Below, one piece after another: positions 1-11,035 of a DNA stretch of 64,000 bases; position 1 is the stretch's first letter, and each line of letters begins with the position of its first letter. The notes under the pieces were generated by a model. The model was not told the origin of the DNA and made no database searches. It worked only from the letters and a program-made list of their open reading frames with translations. The translations under genes and the position numbers were made by a program. Source of the stretch: an uncultured virus (IMG/VR IMGVR_UViG_3300044715_000653) (taxonomy: Duplodnaviria; Heunggongvirae; Uroviricota; Caudoviricetes); IMG/VR virus record IMGVR_UViG_3300044715_000653; one strand, given 5' to 3'.

Positions 1-615
1 GTATAGTCTAAATTCGCCAAAGTCTGCTGTCAGTGAGTTACCGTTGCCAAAGTTAGTGGGTGAGAAAGCAAACAGATCAAAATACATGTTTGTGATGTTG
101 TAGTCTCTTGGGCTGATTTCCTCAGGAAATGTACCGTTGTCTACCATTTGCCCATTGTAATATGTTATTAGTGGTCCGTTGGTTGTATAAGTCACCACAT
201 AGTGTTGCCACGCATCTCTTGTTATGGGAGTTGTGATTTCTGAATATAACTGCGTTTCTGCCCAGTAACCAGTCACCAGTGTAGTTGCACTGATTTCAAC
301 TGCACTCACTGTGTAACCGCCCTCGCCAATTTTAGTTAACAATGCGCCACTATTGTTGCCTGTGGTGCGTACCCAAAATTCGTAGGTGTAATCATTGTTG
401 GTTAGTGTAGTGGTATCAATAGTATCTGTTGTTAGATATTCTGTGCCAGTGAACTCTAAATAGTTTCCCGTTTGTACAGGACTACCTGTGCGTGTGACAC
501 CTGCCCAGTTGTTCTCACTTGTGGCATTGAATACAGGAGTGTCTACAATCTCTGGAGGTGAACCATACTGAATAAGTCGTACGCCTGATGTAAAATGTCC
601 GCCGGTGATCTTCAT
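1..615 (-). CDS. LamG/concanavalin A-like domain virion protein (3' end runs off window)
   Basis: Hand-translated from ATG at 615 (TAATG overlap with upstream gene): MKITGGHF...YTYEFWVR...DAWQHYVVTY...ITYYNGQ...DFGEFRLY, typical LamG motifs. Confidence 0.75.
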   Translation of the reverse strand, partial: MKITGGHFTSGVRLIQYGSPPEIVDTPVFNATSENNWAGVTRTGSPVQTGNYLEFTGTEYLTTDTIDTTTLTNNDYTYEFWVRTTGNNSGALLTKIGEGGYTVSAVEISATTLVTGYWAETQLYSEITTPITRDAWQHYVVTYTTNGPLITYYNGQMVDNGTFPEEISPRDYNITNMYFDLFAFSPTNFGNGNSLTADFGEFRLY

Positions 616-1787
616 TATATTTTCACTATACTAATATAACCTGCGGCATTGTTATAGATGCCCAGGTTAGTAATACTTGCACCATTAAATGTGCCGCTTA
701 AATCGTACTGTCCATCACTGGTTGATACGCTGGTAGCATTACTGTCAATGTAACTACCACCGCCGCCTCCTGAGTCAACTGCTGTACCTGCTAGGGCAAA
801 GCCGCCACCGCCGCCTGACCAACCGCCGCCAGCGCCGCCCACAATAGGTCCAGGACCAGAACCACCACCAAAGCCACCACTACTGGTACTTGGTGGAGGA
901 TAAGTCGCACTACTAAATGTGCCGCCTATAGCACCATTAGCAAAACTTCCGCCTGCTCCACCAAAGCCAGATGATCCCGAAACAGTATTAAAAGTCCAGG
1001 TAGTGCCATTCCAACTGCGGCCATTGCCATAATATCCGCCACCACCGCCACTGTCATATCCGTTGACACTGATTGTGCCACCTATGCTAACATGTGTGTT
1101 GCCGCCAAATCCGTTTGTGCCGCCCGGAGCACCCACACGGTTTGATGTAATAGTAGCACCACTATTACCGGCACTGTTACCGCCGCGCTGAGTAGTTACA
1201 CCATAGCCACCAGGGAATATTGACGTGTTGCCAGTCCACGCACCAGGTGCTCCACCGCCGCCGGCTACTATTAACGGAGCAACGTTAGCAAATCCTATAC
1301 TAGCTACATTACCTAAGGCTACAAATGTGCCACCTCCGCCGCCAGGCGAACTATAAGTGCTAGGCTGTTGGGTATTAGCACTGGGTTGTCCTACTAATAA
1401 GGTAAGTTTTTGTCCTTGGGTAAGATTAAATATACCCTGTACTACAGCACCACGTCCATGAGCATTAGCAAAAGTTGCGTTGCCAGAAAACGCTGTAATT
1501 ATTCCACTGCGACTACCTGCGGCAGTGATTCGATAACTAGCGGTCTGTGGTACCGTCCATACTTGATATCCTCGCCAGGTAGTTGGTACATCAAAGTACT
1601 CAGTACTCTGTAACCACGTATTACCTGTGTTGCTGTAAAAACTATAGCAGTTGCCTATAGTAGGACCAATATTACCTATAGTGTTAGCAGTTTGGAATGT
1701 AAAGGCTGTAAACTCATACAAGACGTTAACAACCGGGCTTAATAATACCCCACCACCAAATTGAACTCCACTAGATATTGTAGTCAT
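615..1787 (-). CDS. Glycine-rich tail-fibre adhesin-like protein
   Basis: Many GGGGG/GGxGG runs with QVWTVP..YRITAAG and GRGA..G.F.L..GQ.L.LLVGQ motifs of glycine-rich (polyglycine II) domains; tail-fibre context. Confidence 0.65.
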   Translation of the reverse strand: MTTISSGVQFGGGVLLSPVVNVLYEFTAFTFQTANTIGNIGPTIGNCYSFYSNTGNTWLQSTEYFDVPTTWRGYQVWTVPQTASYRITAAGSRSGIITAFSGNATFANAHGRGAVVQGIFNLTQGQKLTLLVGQPSANTQQPSTYSSPGGGGGTFVALGNVASIGFANVAPLIVAGGGGAPGAWTGNTSIFPGGYGVTTQRGGNSAGNSGATITSNRVGAPGGTNGFGGNTHVSIGGTISVNGYDSGGGGGYYGNGRSWNGTTWTFNTVSGSSGFGGAGGSFANGAIGGTFSSATYPPPSTSSGGFGGGSGPGPIVGGAGGGWSGGGGGFALAGTAVDSGGGGGSYIDSNATSVSTSDGQYDLSGTFNGASITNLGIYNNAAGYISIVKI

Positions 1788-4700
1788 TACAGACCTCTAA
1801 GCATACAGCCGTTAAACCAAGTTATAGCAGGGTTATTTACAGCGGTAATAGATAGATTGCCTCCGCTAGTCTGCTGAACATAAATCTCAAAATAGTCACC
1901 TGTTCCGTTAGCCATTGCTTGAGTGCTTATAGTCATTGCTCCTAAAGTTGATGCCCAGTTTACACCAGAAGCATTCCAACCGCGTTTATGTTCAACTCCG
2001 TTTTTATATAGCACAATCATACTTTCACCTGTACCATATGACCCATCAAAGCGAACCTCAGCATTAAACTGATAGATACCAGATGCTGTTGGAGTAAATC
2101 GTGAATTAGCAAAATTACTATTTGTATCGTATTCCTCAACTTGAAACTGAACTTTTTGTTGGGTGCCTGTTGTTATAGTTTGAACAGCGGTGTTTGCGTA
2201 GGCACCAAACGCTGGACCGTTGACCGCAATATTACCACTGACTCTGATACTACTTGTAGAGTTCACAGTGTTAGCAGTAATAGTATCAACTTGACTGATG
2301 TTACCAAATCCACCTGTAGTAACAAAGTATGCTGCAGTTACATTACCTGAAGTTGAAACATTACCGGCTGTGACATTTCCGGTTACCGATAAATTACCCA
2401 ATGTGCCTATTGTGGTAATGTTAGTTTGTGCAGCTGTAGTTATCGTGCCACTAATATTACCACTATGTGTAGGCAAGTATGATGTTACATTAGCATTTGA
2501 ATATGTTGAGCCTGCTACAATACCAGTTAGCAGTGCGCCGTTACCTACAAAGTAACCTGTGGTAATTACATTGGCTGTTGTTTTAACATTGCCGATGTTG
2601 CCTGTGTAGGTTGTTAGATAACTTGCTACATTAGCATTAGTGTATGCCACATTACCAAACGCTGTAAGTGGAACGGTTTTCCAGATTACAGATGGGTTCG
2701 GATTTGTTAATGAGGCAGTACCGCCGCTAGGTGATCCAAAGGTGGCGCCAACCCATGTGATTTGCCAATTAGTTCCGTTGTCTGTTACAGTATCAATAGT
2801 CCACGGTCCGTAATCATCAAAATCAACAATCCAGCCTACCTGCGGAGTTGGATACGCCCCTTTTGTTAAGAAAAGTGTATTGCTTGTAGAACCTTCCCAA
2901 CCTACCGTCCAAGAACTTGCTACCCAGTCTGCTGTACAGTAATAAACATAATTGTCGTCTACACGTATATCGCCTTCAAGGTCGCCTGTAGAGCCTAGAT
3001 TAGTACTTGGTGCTGTGCCCTCAATGTGTAAGTTTGTTGTTGATATTAGACTAGAATATACTGTGCCTAGTTGTAAATTGTCGTAGACAACATTAGCAAA
3101 GTCAACTGTACTACCTGGTTGTGCTGTGACATTGCTGAATAGTTTCCAATTGCCTGCACTGCTATCACGTACTAAACCAGTATGCTGTAATGTACTGTTT
3201 ACTGTTCTATGTGCTACAAAACCTAGATCCAATGTATCTGCCGGATTGCCTGTGGCAAACTGCGGAATGTTGTCAGAAACCACATAAGTTTCTGTATTGA
3301 TATATGTAACATTGCCATTGACTGTTAGGTTACCAACTGTTAGATTACCAGTCATTGTCACAGCGCCATGGTCTGGGAATGTTGTCGTACCATCACTGCC
3401 TAGGCTAACTGTATATCCGTTATTCCAAAGATTAGCAGTGTTGCTGCTGAATCCATCTAAGATACTCACACCGTTGCTGTATTGGTAGGCTGGACTTCGT
3501 ATGTGGTCCAACACCGTGATCACATCTACGTTGCTAATGATGGCCACACTCGAAGTAAAGTTAATGTCGCCATCATAGTTGGTTAGGTATGTGTTCACTT
3601 CGGTGTTGCCATAGTTGCTACCTATGCCATCTAAAATGCTTACACCGTTGGCATAAACGTAGTTGTTGGCAAATATAGTATCAATTTGACTAATATTACC
3701 GTAGCCTGAACCTATAGTAACATTACCCGGAGTAGTTAATGTACCAGTATTGTCTAGGCTAACTGTGTACGCACCATTTACTAATGTGTTACCAGTAGCC
3801 GCTGTTTTTTGGAATGTGCCATCACTGAATGTAATACCGGGCCAACTTATTGGCGCCGGACTAGTCTGCATATTAGTCTGCGGCAATATTAAATTGCCAT
3901 TTGTGCCAAAGGTCCACTGTGCAGTATTGCCTAAGCTATTGTTGCTGTTGATTACTACGCCGCCAGTGTTGGCTAATTTAACATATTGGTTGTCATCACC
4001 CAGGAACAGTTCAGTACCACTACCTGCCATTAGGTGTACGTGATTGCCATCTACCGCAGTAGGTGCTATTTCTAAGTACTGTGTGCTAGTACCACCGTTA
4101 GGTTTTAATCTAATACTGTCGGCACTGAGATAAGTGCTTTCTAAAATTGTAGCACCACTCGGTAATGTTAGTTTACCTACGTAGTCAAAGTTCCAAACAT
4201 TGTTACTTTCACCAGGTGTGGTTATTTGTATGTTGCCGCTATTGGTAGTACGCACATTGTGATTGTCTGTGCCCAAGAAGATACTAGTTTCTGTTAAATC
4301 ACCTGTGGTCAAGTGTAAGTGATGATCACCGCCGTATGTAGGTGCTTCACTGTTAATTAAACCCGATTCAACACCTATAGTCGCAGGATCATAGTTATTG
4401 TTTTCGGGTGATACACGCACAGTAAATTCATAGGCGTCACTGTCGATGAGAATAGTAAATTCGCCACCGGTGCCAGTTAATGCTACTGTACCAGAACTTG
4501 GAGTTGCTAAGTTAGCACCTGTTGGATAGATCCACCAGTATAGTGTTTGATCAGCATACGTATCTGAATAAACATAGAAAGTAAGAGTATCACCAACTAT
4601 AGCAGTATTGACGTAATAATTTATCTCTATGCCGTTGTCAGTATAAATGTAAGAGCCGCCACCTTTGATCACCAACTTCTGACTGACTACATCTGGGCTT

Positions 4701-4996
4701 GCTGGTATAAGTTGAATAGTTGGATTGCTGGTAACAATGCCTTCTTTAATTGTACCCCCATTTGGTAATGTTAGTACACCATCTGCACCTAAACTAACAG
4801 TAGCATCATTGTTTACTAAGGCATTGCCCGACCCGCCGGTGCTGGCATAGTCTAAGTCTACCCAAGCAGTATTACCATCACCATACTTGATATAGTTGGT
4901 ATCTGTTTCTAACCCTGGCTCGCCATCCTCTAATACAGGATTGACTCTAGTCCAGTTTGCGGATGTATCTCTTCTAAATTGTATTCTGTTTGCCAT
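1787..4996 (-). CDS. Long tail fibre protein with Mtd-like N-terminal domain and C1q-like C-terminus
   Basis: N-term RIQFRRDTSANWT..NPVLEDGEPGLETDT (major tropism determinant N-terminal type); beta-rich repeats; C-term AFGAY...F..EEYD..SNF..SRFTP..SGIYQF. Confidence 0.75.
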   Translation of the reverse strand: MANRIQFRRDTSANWTRVNPVLEDGEPGLETDTNYIKYGDGNTAWVDLDYASTGGSGNALVNNDATVSLGADGVLTLPNGGTIKEGIVTSNPTIQLIPASPDVVSQKLVIKGGGSYIYTDNGIEINYYVNTAIVGDTLTFYVYSDTYADQTLYWWIYPTGANLATPSSGTVALTGTGGEFTILIDSDAYEFTVRVSPENNNYDPATIGVESGLINSEAPTYGGDHHLHLTTGDLTETSIFLGTDNHNVRTTNSGNIQITTPGESNNVWNFDYVGKLTLPSGATILESTYLSADSIRLKPNGGTSTQYLEIAPTAVDGNHVHLMAGSGTELFLGDDNQYVKLANTGGVVINSNNSLGNTAQWTFGTNGNLILPQTNMQTSPAPISWPGITFSDGTFQKTAATGNTLVNGAYTVSLDNTGTLTTPGNVTIGSGYGNISQIDTIFANNYVYANGVSILDGIGSNYGNTEVNTYLTNYDGDINFTSSVAIISNVDVITVLDHIRSPAYQYSNGVSILDGFSSNTANLWNNGYTVSLGSDGTTTFPDHGAVTMTGNLTVGNLTVNGNVTYINTETYVVSDNIPQFATGNPADTLDLGFVAHRTVNSTLQHTGLVRDSSAGNWKLFSNVTAQPGSTVDFANVVYDNLQLGTVYSSLISTTNLHIEGTAPSTNLGSTGDLEGDIRVDDNYVYYCTADWVASSWTVGWEGSTSNTLFLTKGAYPTPQVGWIVDFDDYGPWTIDTVTDNGTNWQITWVGATFGSPSGGTASLTNPNPSVIWKTVPLTAFGNVAYTNANVASYLTTYTGNIGNVKTTANVITTGYFVGNGALLTGIVAGSTYSNANVTSYLPTHSGNISGTITTAAQTNITTIGTLGNLSVTGNVTAGNVSTSGNVTAAYFVTTGGFGNISQVDTITANTVNSTSSIRVSGNIAVNGPAFGAYANTAVQTITTGTQQKVQFQVEEYDTNSNFANSRFTPTASGIYQFNAEVRFDGSYGTGESMIVLYKNGVEHKRGWNASGVNWASTLGAMTISTQAMANGTGDYFEIYVQQTSGGNLSITAVNNPAITWFNGCMLRGL

Positions 4997-4997
4997 G

Positions 4998-7900
4998 TTA
5001 TGCTCCGCCTCCGTCTAATGTATACTGTACAGGTTCGTCAAGATCTGCACTACCTCCATTAAACGACGGTGTGTTTACTCCATATCGTGTTGATGAAAAT
5101 CCGCCTTCTGCGTAGTTTACTGTTACTTCATATATTGTTGCTGCCGCACCACCATCTAACATTAGATTGTCTTGGGCAATATTTCTATAGGCTGTGGTTT
5201 GTACTGTGTTATCTGGGAATACCAATCCACCAGTGTTGTTAAATGTCCAACTATGCTCTAGAGTTGGACCAACATTACCAATGTTACCGATGTTACCTGT
5301 TACTATTTGAATGTCACCGATATTAGCAAACAGACTGTTGACTACCACAGCCGCAACTGCTGTTGGATCTTCAGGGTCGTCTATCCATTGCAAAGTGGCA
5401 GCGCCACTCGATCCTTGTGATAAAATGCCTATTTGTGCGTTGGCACTTCCAAATATACCCTCAGAACCATTTGAGTTACCAATAGACATATCGCCACCAG
5501 GGAATGTCAGTACACCATTGGTGTCAAATGTCCAGTGATTGGTATTTGCATCAGTTCCAATAACAACATTGCCACCATTCTTTTCAATCTTGACATACTG
5601 GTCATCATCACCTAAATATATGTCAGTTGTTGTGGGATCGCCTGCTACTAGGTGAACGTGACTTGCGTCATTATTAGATATGCCGTTGTTAGTTACATTA
5701 ACAAGGTAGCCTGCGGGCATACCGTTGTTTGAAAAACTATAGTATAGTGCCGGATCTGTTTCGCCGGGACCAGTTGATTCTGTACCGTCGGGTGTAGTTA
5801 ACGTAAAAGTAAATTCAGAGATAGTGCTGTTAGCAGGTATAGTCCAAGTAACTGTTTCTGTTTCAGGCCCTGGCCCTGAAAAAACTACTTTACCAGTTAG
5901 TGCTCGACCCAATGTTTGTGAAGTTAACCCAGTACCAGTGATCTCATAGTTAATTGTTCCAAAATAACCATCTTCTGGAGAATTTTGAGTAACTGAGATG
6001 GTAATTGAATTGCCATACACAATGTTACCACTGGCCGTTACACTCCATGCTGAAGTAGTTGGGCGAATAACTAAACTCTGTCCAGCGGCTGCTCCGGGTG
6101 GTGATATAACTGTAGTAGTGGCTGTTTCACCAATGACGCTGCCCTGCGGTAATGTTAAGTTACCATCTGAGCCAAAGGTCCAAGGGTCTGACCAGTCGGT
6201 ATTGATCTGTACCGAACTATTGGCTGCTAATGAGTTAATTGTTAATGACTCTCCGAGTTCGGCATTTGCATTGTTGGGTATTCGGATAAAAGCAGAACCC
6301 ATTTCCGAAGGTGTAATGGTTATGTCGTACCCGCCATAACCATCAGCATCGTCTGTTGTGCTAAGGTAAGCAACGCCGGTATCGGTTACAATCTTAAACT
6401 TGCCTAGGTCTACATTGCCACCACCACCATCTGTACCTTTGGCTGCTATCTTAGTCCAAAATGTTCCTTCGGCGGGGGTATCCCCTGTGTTGCCACCATT
6501 AGCATTAAGGCGATACCAAGTCTCTCCTGCGTAGGTAGCAATATCACCAACGGCATAACTATTGCCACCACCATACGCACCAGTGAAATTCCATAGTGCA
6601 TCTGCTCCGGGATCGCCTTGTGGACCTGGATCGCCTTGTGGTCCTGGATCGCCTTGTGAACCGGGGTCGCCTGGCACGCCTTGTTCGCCTTGAGGACCTG
6701 GATCGCCTTGTAGACCAACATTTCCCCGGATTCCCTGTTCGCCCTGAGGTCCTACATTTCCTTGTATGCCTTGTGGTCCTTGTGACCCTTGTGGTCCGAT
6801 ATTCCCTTGTATCCCTTGTGTGCCTTGTGGACCTACATTGCCTTGTATCCCTTGTTCGCCTTGTTCGCCTTGTGGACCTACATTGCCTTGTATTCCTTGT
6901 TCACCCTGGGGTCCTACATTGCCTTGTATTCCTTGTTCACCCTGGGGTCCTACATTGCCTTGAATGCCCTGTGGACCTTCTGCGCCAACATTTCCTGTAA
7001 AGCCACGTGGCCCCGCAGGACCAGCATCTCCTTGTGGTCCTACAATTTGTCCGATGTTATTCCATACGCTTGATATAGTGTTCCATAGATACAAATCACC
7101 ATCAGCTTGTACAATCCAACCCTCACCTACGTTAGCAGTCACAGGCAAGTTACCTACAATGTCTACACTACCTAATAAGGTTACACTTGTTCCCTGTGCT
7201 CCGGTGTTGCCTTGTGGTCCTGTATCGCCCTGTGGTCCTTGTTCGCCGACGTTACCAGTGAAGCCTCGCGGTCCTTGTTCGCCGACGTTGCCTTGTATGC
7301 CCTGTATCCCCTGGCTACCTTGTGGACCAGTATTTCCCTGTATGCCTTGGCTTCCTGCTGGGCCAACATTTCCCTGTATGCCCTGTATCCCCTGGCTACC
7401 TTGTGGGCCTGTATTTCCCTGTATGCCTTGGCTTCCTGCTGGGCCAACATTTCCCTGTATGCCCTGTGCGCCTTGTGCGCCAGTAGCACCAACGTTGCCC
7501 TGTATCCCTTGTGGGCCGGTACTGCCCTGTGCGCCAACATTTCCCTGTATACCCTGTATTCCTTGTGGGCCCTGTGGGCCGACATTTCCTTGTGGGCCCT
7601 GTGGACCAACATTTCCCTGTATGCCTTGTGCGCCTTGTGCGCCAGTAGCACCAATGTTGCCTTGAGGGCCTCGAGCAACCTCTTGCCCATTGATAGTTAA
7701 GTTACCGTTATTATTAATGCTCAACGGAATGCTATTGATATAGATTGTGTTATTGCTAACCCATAGGTCTTTCCATTGACGTGTTGCGCTACCTAAAGAA
7801 TATGCTACGTTGGCTGTGGGTAAAATACTACCGGGTACTTCTAAATTACCAGAACCTTTAAAATTAAAGTTATGTGATCCACCGGTTTGAATTACTAATT

Positions 7901-8195
7901 CACTACCCGGGTTAGTACCGTTAATTTGCGCTATTGCTGCTGTGGTAACTCGCAAAGAAGTTATTGTAGTTGATGTATTTGTTAAGTAGCTAAACACATT
8001 ACTGTTAGCATACGATCCACTACCACCGCTACCACTAACTACATTACCACCTGCTACAACACCATCGTGTATGCGCAGTGCGTTGGCCTGCATGTCTATA
8101 CTTAATTCACCGTAGACACCGGTATAGGCATTATTTTGTATTGTATTACCGCGTTTCAGCAGTACTTTAGTAACTTGAACATTAGCTGTAGTCAT
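4998..8195 (-). CDS. Collagen-like tail fibre protein
   Basis: Long Gly-X-Y tracts (GPQGIQGNV), N-term LKRG....N..YTG..GEL.ID......RIHDG module, short carbohydrate-binding-like [14 protein letters not shown] module. Confidence 0.8.
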   Translation of the reverse strand: MTTANVQVTKVLLKRGNTIQNNAYTGVYGELSIDMQANALRIHDGVVAGGNVVSGSGGSGSYANSNVFSYLTNTSTTITSLRVTTAAIAQINGTNPGSELVIQTGGSHNFNFKGSGNLEVPGSILPTANVAYSLGSATRQWKDLWVSNNTIYINSIPLSINNNGNLTINGQEVARGPQGNIGATGAQGAQGIQGNVGPQGPQGNVGPQGPQGIQGIQGNVGAQGSTGPQGIQGNVGATGAQGAQGIQGNVGPAGSQGIQGNTGPQGSQGIQGIQGNVGPAGSQGIQGNTGPQGSQGIQGIQGNVGEQGPRGFTGNVGEQGPQGDTGPQGNTGAQGTSVTLLGSVDIVGNLPVTANVGEGWIVQADGDLYLWNTISSVWNNIGQIVGPQGDAGPAGPRGFTGNVGAEGPQGIQGNVGPQGEQGIQGNVGPQGEQGIQGNVGPQGEQGEQGIQGNVGPQGTQGIQGNIGPQGSQGPQGIQGNVGPQGEQGIRGNVGLQGDPGPQGEQGVPGDPGSQGDPGPQGDPGPQGDPGADALWNFTGAYGGGNSYAVGDIATYAGETWYRLNANGGNTGDTPAEGTFWTKIAAKGTDGGGGNVDLGKFKIVTDTGVAYLSTTDDADGYGGYDITITPSEMGSAFIRIPNNANAELGESLTINSLAANSSVQINTDWSDPWTFGSDGNLTLPQGSVIGETATTTVISPPGAAAGQSLVIRPTTSAWSVTASGNIVYGNSITISVTQNSPEDGYFGTINYEITGTGLTSQTLGRALTGKVVFSGPGPETETVTWTIPANSTISEFTFTLTTPDGTESTGPGETDPALYYSFSNNGMPAGYLVNVTNNGISNNDASHVHLVAGDPTTTDIYLGDDDQYVKIEKNGGNVVIGTDANTNHWTFDTNGVLTFPGGDMSIGNSNGSEGIFGSANAQIGILSQGSSGAATLQWIDDPEDPTAVAAVVVNSLFANIGDIQIVTGNIGNIGNVGPTLEHSWTFNNTGGLVFPDNTVQTTAYRNIAQDNLMLDGGAAATIYEVTVNYAEGGFSSTRYGVNTPSFNGGSADLDEPVQYTLDGGGA
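6600..7670 (-). repeat. Collagen-coding tandem repeats (9, 18, 36 and 81 nt units)
   Basis: Near-perfect 81-nt duplication around 7294-7460 and 36-nt [12 protein letters not shown] units around 6830-6960. Confidence 0.85.
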
Positions 8196-8695
8196 TATAA
8201 ACTTCCACTGTCAATAACTGTTTCCGTAAAGCCCGCTGGGGTAACTGTTGTGCCGTAGTATGCCGGTTTGACAATTAAATCTAAAGGAGCAGTGAAGTTA
8301 TCATCTGCATATAAAGGAACTTCGCTGGCATCACTATCTCGAATAGTTCTAACTGTTAGTTTATATTGTCTAACTTCTAAACTGTTCACAGTGTCTTTAT
8401 CTAATATAAATGTACCAATACCCAATGCTATATTACTATAAGTCACAGCAAAACTGTAGGCTGTAACTTCATTTACAGGATCTTGTATATCTACCTGTAC
8501 AGCATAGCCTGTTAAGTTGACATTTTTTTGATCTTGGTTTTTAACTATGACCTGTATAGGATTATCTATACCTTGATATACTGTGATTGGGCGGCTATAC
8601 ACGACTCTGTTCCTTGTTTTAATTGTGGGATCCGAGTAATCCATAATCTGAACTACCATTTTATTTTCATATAAATAACTTGTGATGAGTGGCAC
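8195..8695 (-). CDS. Hypothetical virion/baseplate-associated protein
   Basis: GTG start, late-promoter motif TATAAATA upstream, TAATG-coupled to the tail-fibre gene; Ig-like YQGIDNPI..IVKNQDQK..NLTG. Confidence 0.55.
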   Translation of the reverse strand: MPLITSYLYENKMVVQIMDYSDPTIKTRNRVVYSRPITVYQGIDNPIQVIVKNQDQKNVNLTGYAVQVDIQDPVNEVTAYSFAVTYSNIALGIGTFILDKDTVNSLEVRQYKLTVRTIRDSDASEVPLYADDNFTAPLDLIVKPAYYGTTVTPAGFTETVIDSGSL

Positions 8696-8733
8696 TGTGT
8701 TTTATCCCTTATCACATATTTATACGGATTCCA

Positions 8734-9105
8734 ATGGAAGACAGTTACAAGAATTTACTCGATCAATATCCCTTCTTATCGTTCATAACGTATGGAGGAA
8801 ATGATTATATTGGCATTGTTCAAAATGCAGATGAATTCATCACCACTATATATGACTTTGCTGCACTGCGTACCATAGAGCAAAAAACAATGTTTTTAGC
8901 CATGGCTGATCAGTGGTGGTGGGAAAGTAATAGGCTTATACCCATTAACGTATTTTTAAAGCAGGATTGGACAGAGTTTAGGGTTTGTTTAAAAACATTC
9001 AACAGCAAAGATGTTGTAATACAACACGGGCCGTATGTAAGTCTAAGAGAAATTGCGTCGAAAAGAAGTAAACGTCGTAGTATTACTTTAATTCGGAAGA
9101 TGTAA
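8734..9105 (+). CDS. Hypothetical protein
   Basis: Clean ORF; likely ATG at 8734; TATAAATA at about 8670. Confidence 0.6.
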   Translation: MEDSYKNLLDQYPFLSFITYGGNDYIGIVQNADEFITTIYDFAALRTIEQKTMFLAMADQWWWESNRLIPINVFLKQDWTEFRVCLKTFNSKDVVIQHGPYVSLREIASKRSKRRSITLIRKM

Positions 9106-9664
9106 GTAAGTTAAGGTTAACGACTACAAGTTGTGCGTAGGAAACGGCATGGGCACGTTTGAAGTAATAAGTATCATCACTAGGTCGATCCCAAACAGTC
9201 TCAGCTACTTCCTTCCATGTCTTACCAGCTAGGTTACGTTTGGCTGGACGAATAATAGCTAAGAACATAGCCAGTCTAGGAATAGTATCTACAGGTTCAG
9301 GCATCTGCAATAACAAATCATAGTGCCCATTAACGTGCATTAGTTTTGCACATATCTCCGGATCATATAATCGAGTCCAATCTGGTTCCTGCATCAGTTC
9401 AATTAAATGAGTTTCATCACGTACTTGTTTATATAAGTTCACATTAAGAAAATCTAATTTAACATAGCCTCTATCTTCAGCTAGATTATAATCTAAACTT
9501 GCCTGCCCAGTAAACGGATCTATAGGAACATCAGTGGCATACACACCTGTGTTATGACGGACTAATTTACCATCACGTAATATACTAGCAGGTGTGACAT
9601 CAAGTAAACGAATTACTTCATCTCTGTCAGCAAAGTCTATGTCGATGTCACTTTTAAATTTCAT
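9083..9664 (-). CDS. Miniature DNA polymerase III alpha (DnaE)-like catalytic-domain protein
   Basis: SDIDIDF (DnaE PDxDxDF), H.TGVY, KLDFLN (KxDFLG), LAIIRP and YYFKRAHAVSYA (YGFNKSH..AY) motifs within 193 aa. Confidence 0.75.
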   Translation of the reverse strand: MKFKSDIDIDFADRDEVIRLLDVTPASILRDGKLVRHNTGVYATDVPIDPFTGQASLDYNLAEDRGYVKLDFLNVNLYKQVRDETHLIELMQEPDWTRLYDPEICAKLMHVNGHYDLLLQMPEPVDTIPRLAMFLAIIRPAKRNLAGKTWKEVAETVWDRPSDDTYYFKRAHAVSYAQLVVVNLNLLTSSELK

Positions 9665-9828
9665 AGTTTTTCAATAATCTTTCCCTTAAACGGATCCATT
9701 GGTGGATTAGCCACAGTCTGTTCAAGTTTATTAATCTTAACTTCTAATTTTTCTACTAGGCGAACTAGATAAAGTACGTCAGTTCGCATGTTAATTACTT
9801 CGGAGGTTAATTTTGTTATATCGGTCAT
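9661..9828 (-). CDS. Small coiled-coil hypothetical protein (55 aa)
   Basis: Hand-translated MTDITKLTSEVINMRTDVLYLVRLVEKLEVKINKLEQ...; start and stop overlap both neighbours. Confidence 0.6.
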   Translation of the reverse strand: MTDITKLTSEVINMRTDVLYLVRLVEKLEVKINKLEQTVANPPMDPFKGKIIEKL

Positions 9829-10571
9829 TATAGTCCAGCGGCTGTTAATATTTGTCTAGTCCATTCAGTATCGGCTAGGTAATCTTTAAACTTACGTTGC
9901 CAATACTCTGGGTCAATCATACTAATTATTTGAGTAACTTGCTCCTCACCCAAGGTATCCAAGAAAGCAATACCCGAATCGCAGTTAAACACAATCCAAG
10001 GACTAATACGGCCATTGGCAATGTGATGGCATACACGATTCGCATTAGCCCGTCTAAAATAGTCCTTAAACCCGTTGGGAAATAATGCTGTATTTTCGTC
10101 CACATAATTCTGCATCTCCGTTAAGGCTCGCTCAAGTGCATCTTGTACTGCTTCTTTACGCATATACTGATGCAGGTATTCTAAGTATACAACCTCATGT
10201 GTCCAATGGTCAATCTTTTTGTTTTGTTTAATTACATATTCAATAAATGCACGTGGATTCACAGCACGTATACCAATAATATGACGACCAAATTTAACAA
10301 ACGCTGTGTAGTATGGACTCGAAACAAAGTCAGCATAGCTCTTTAGTTTAGCCGACCCTTGTGTTAGTTCAAAGAAGCGTAGGTATGCTTGTAGACCAAA
10401 CTGTACACCTACTTCCTTTTCCTGTTGCCAACGACGTTTAGGCTCACACAGATGCGCGGCCAAAGTACTTTCCTTACGAAATTCCTTTGAACAATATTTA
10501 CAGGTATATGTTGGTGCGGCTTCTATGTCAGTTTTACCTTCGTTCCAAGCTGATACTATTTCATCAATCAT
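9828..10571 (-). CDS. C2H2-like zinc-finger hypothetical protein
   Basis: YTCKYCSKEFRKESTLAAHLCE motif; replication-gene context. Confidence 0.6.
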   Translation of the reverse strand: MIDEIVSAWNEGKTDIEAAPTYTCKYCSKEFRKESTLAAHLCEPKRRWQQEKEVGVQFGLQAYLRFFELTQGSAKLKSYADFVSSPYYTAFVKFGRHIIGIRAVNPRAFIEYVIKQNKKIDHWTHEVVYLEYLHQYMRKEAVQDALERALTEMQNYVDENTALFPNGFKDYFRRANANRVCHHIANGRISPWIVFNCDSGIAFLDTLGEEQVTQIISMIDPEYWQRKFKDYLADTEWTRQILTAAGL

Positions 10572-11035
10572 TCCAACTCTTTCTTAATGGTCTTATCATC
10601 CATGCCTAGCTGTTGTCCTAATAGTTTAAGACTTTTAGTATCGTTAATTGCCACCAGCACATCAATTTCATCTTCACGTAGGTTAGGATATAGTTTAGCA
10701 AGAAATTTTGATGCTTTGCTGTTGCCTTCTTTCTTCTTAGTGCCCTGCCAATAATGACTTTGTCTGCCCATGCCCGGACTTACAGTTGTACAACATAGCC
10801 ATTGTAACTTAGTGTGTTTGTTTAGGTCAAAGAAGTTTTTGTTTACACGCTCATTTACTGCCAATAGATAATATGCCTGTAGGTCACTTGACCCAGTAAC
10901 ACTAGCACCATAGCGTAGCATTAGATAGGTGCTGAACTTCTTACGATCCTCTTCTGTAAAGTTATCATAGTAAGCACGATCTTTGCGATCATATGCTGCC
11001 ATCTCATCGTTGATTTGTAAACTACTGCTCATCAT
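10568..11035 (-). CDS. Putative clamp-loader small subunit (T4 gp62-like)
   Basis: Size and helical pattern (FSTYLMLRY...N...LQW...W...FLAKLYP) recall gp62; weak similarity. Confidence 0.4.
   Translation of the reverse strand: MMSSSLQINDEMAAYDRKDRAYYDNFTEEDRKKFSTYLMLRYGASVTGSSDLQAYYLLAVNERVNKNFFDLNKHTKLQWLCCTTVSPGMGRQSHYWQGTKKKEGNSKASKFLAKLYPNLREDEIDVLVAINDTKSLKLLGQQLGMDDKTIKKELE

Noticed and set aside
6600..7670. CRISPR-like repeat array
   Set aside because: Repeats are in-frame coding units without unique spacers.
6446..7700. Multiple overlapping Cys/Pro-rich alternative-frame ORFs
   Set aside because: Shadows of the collagen Gly-X-Y repeat; no independent signals.
1787..8195. Diversity-generating retroelement suggested by Mtd-like N-termini
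   Set aside because: No reverse transcriptase and no adenine-mismatched TR/VR pair seen in the window; the Mtd N-domain alone is common in fibres.
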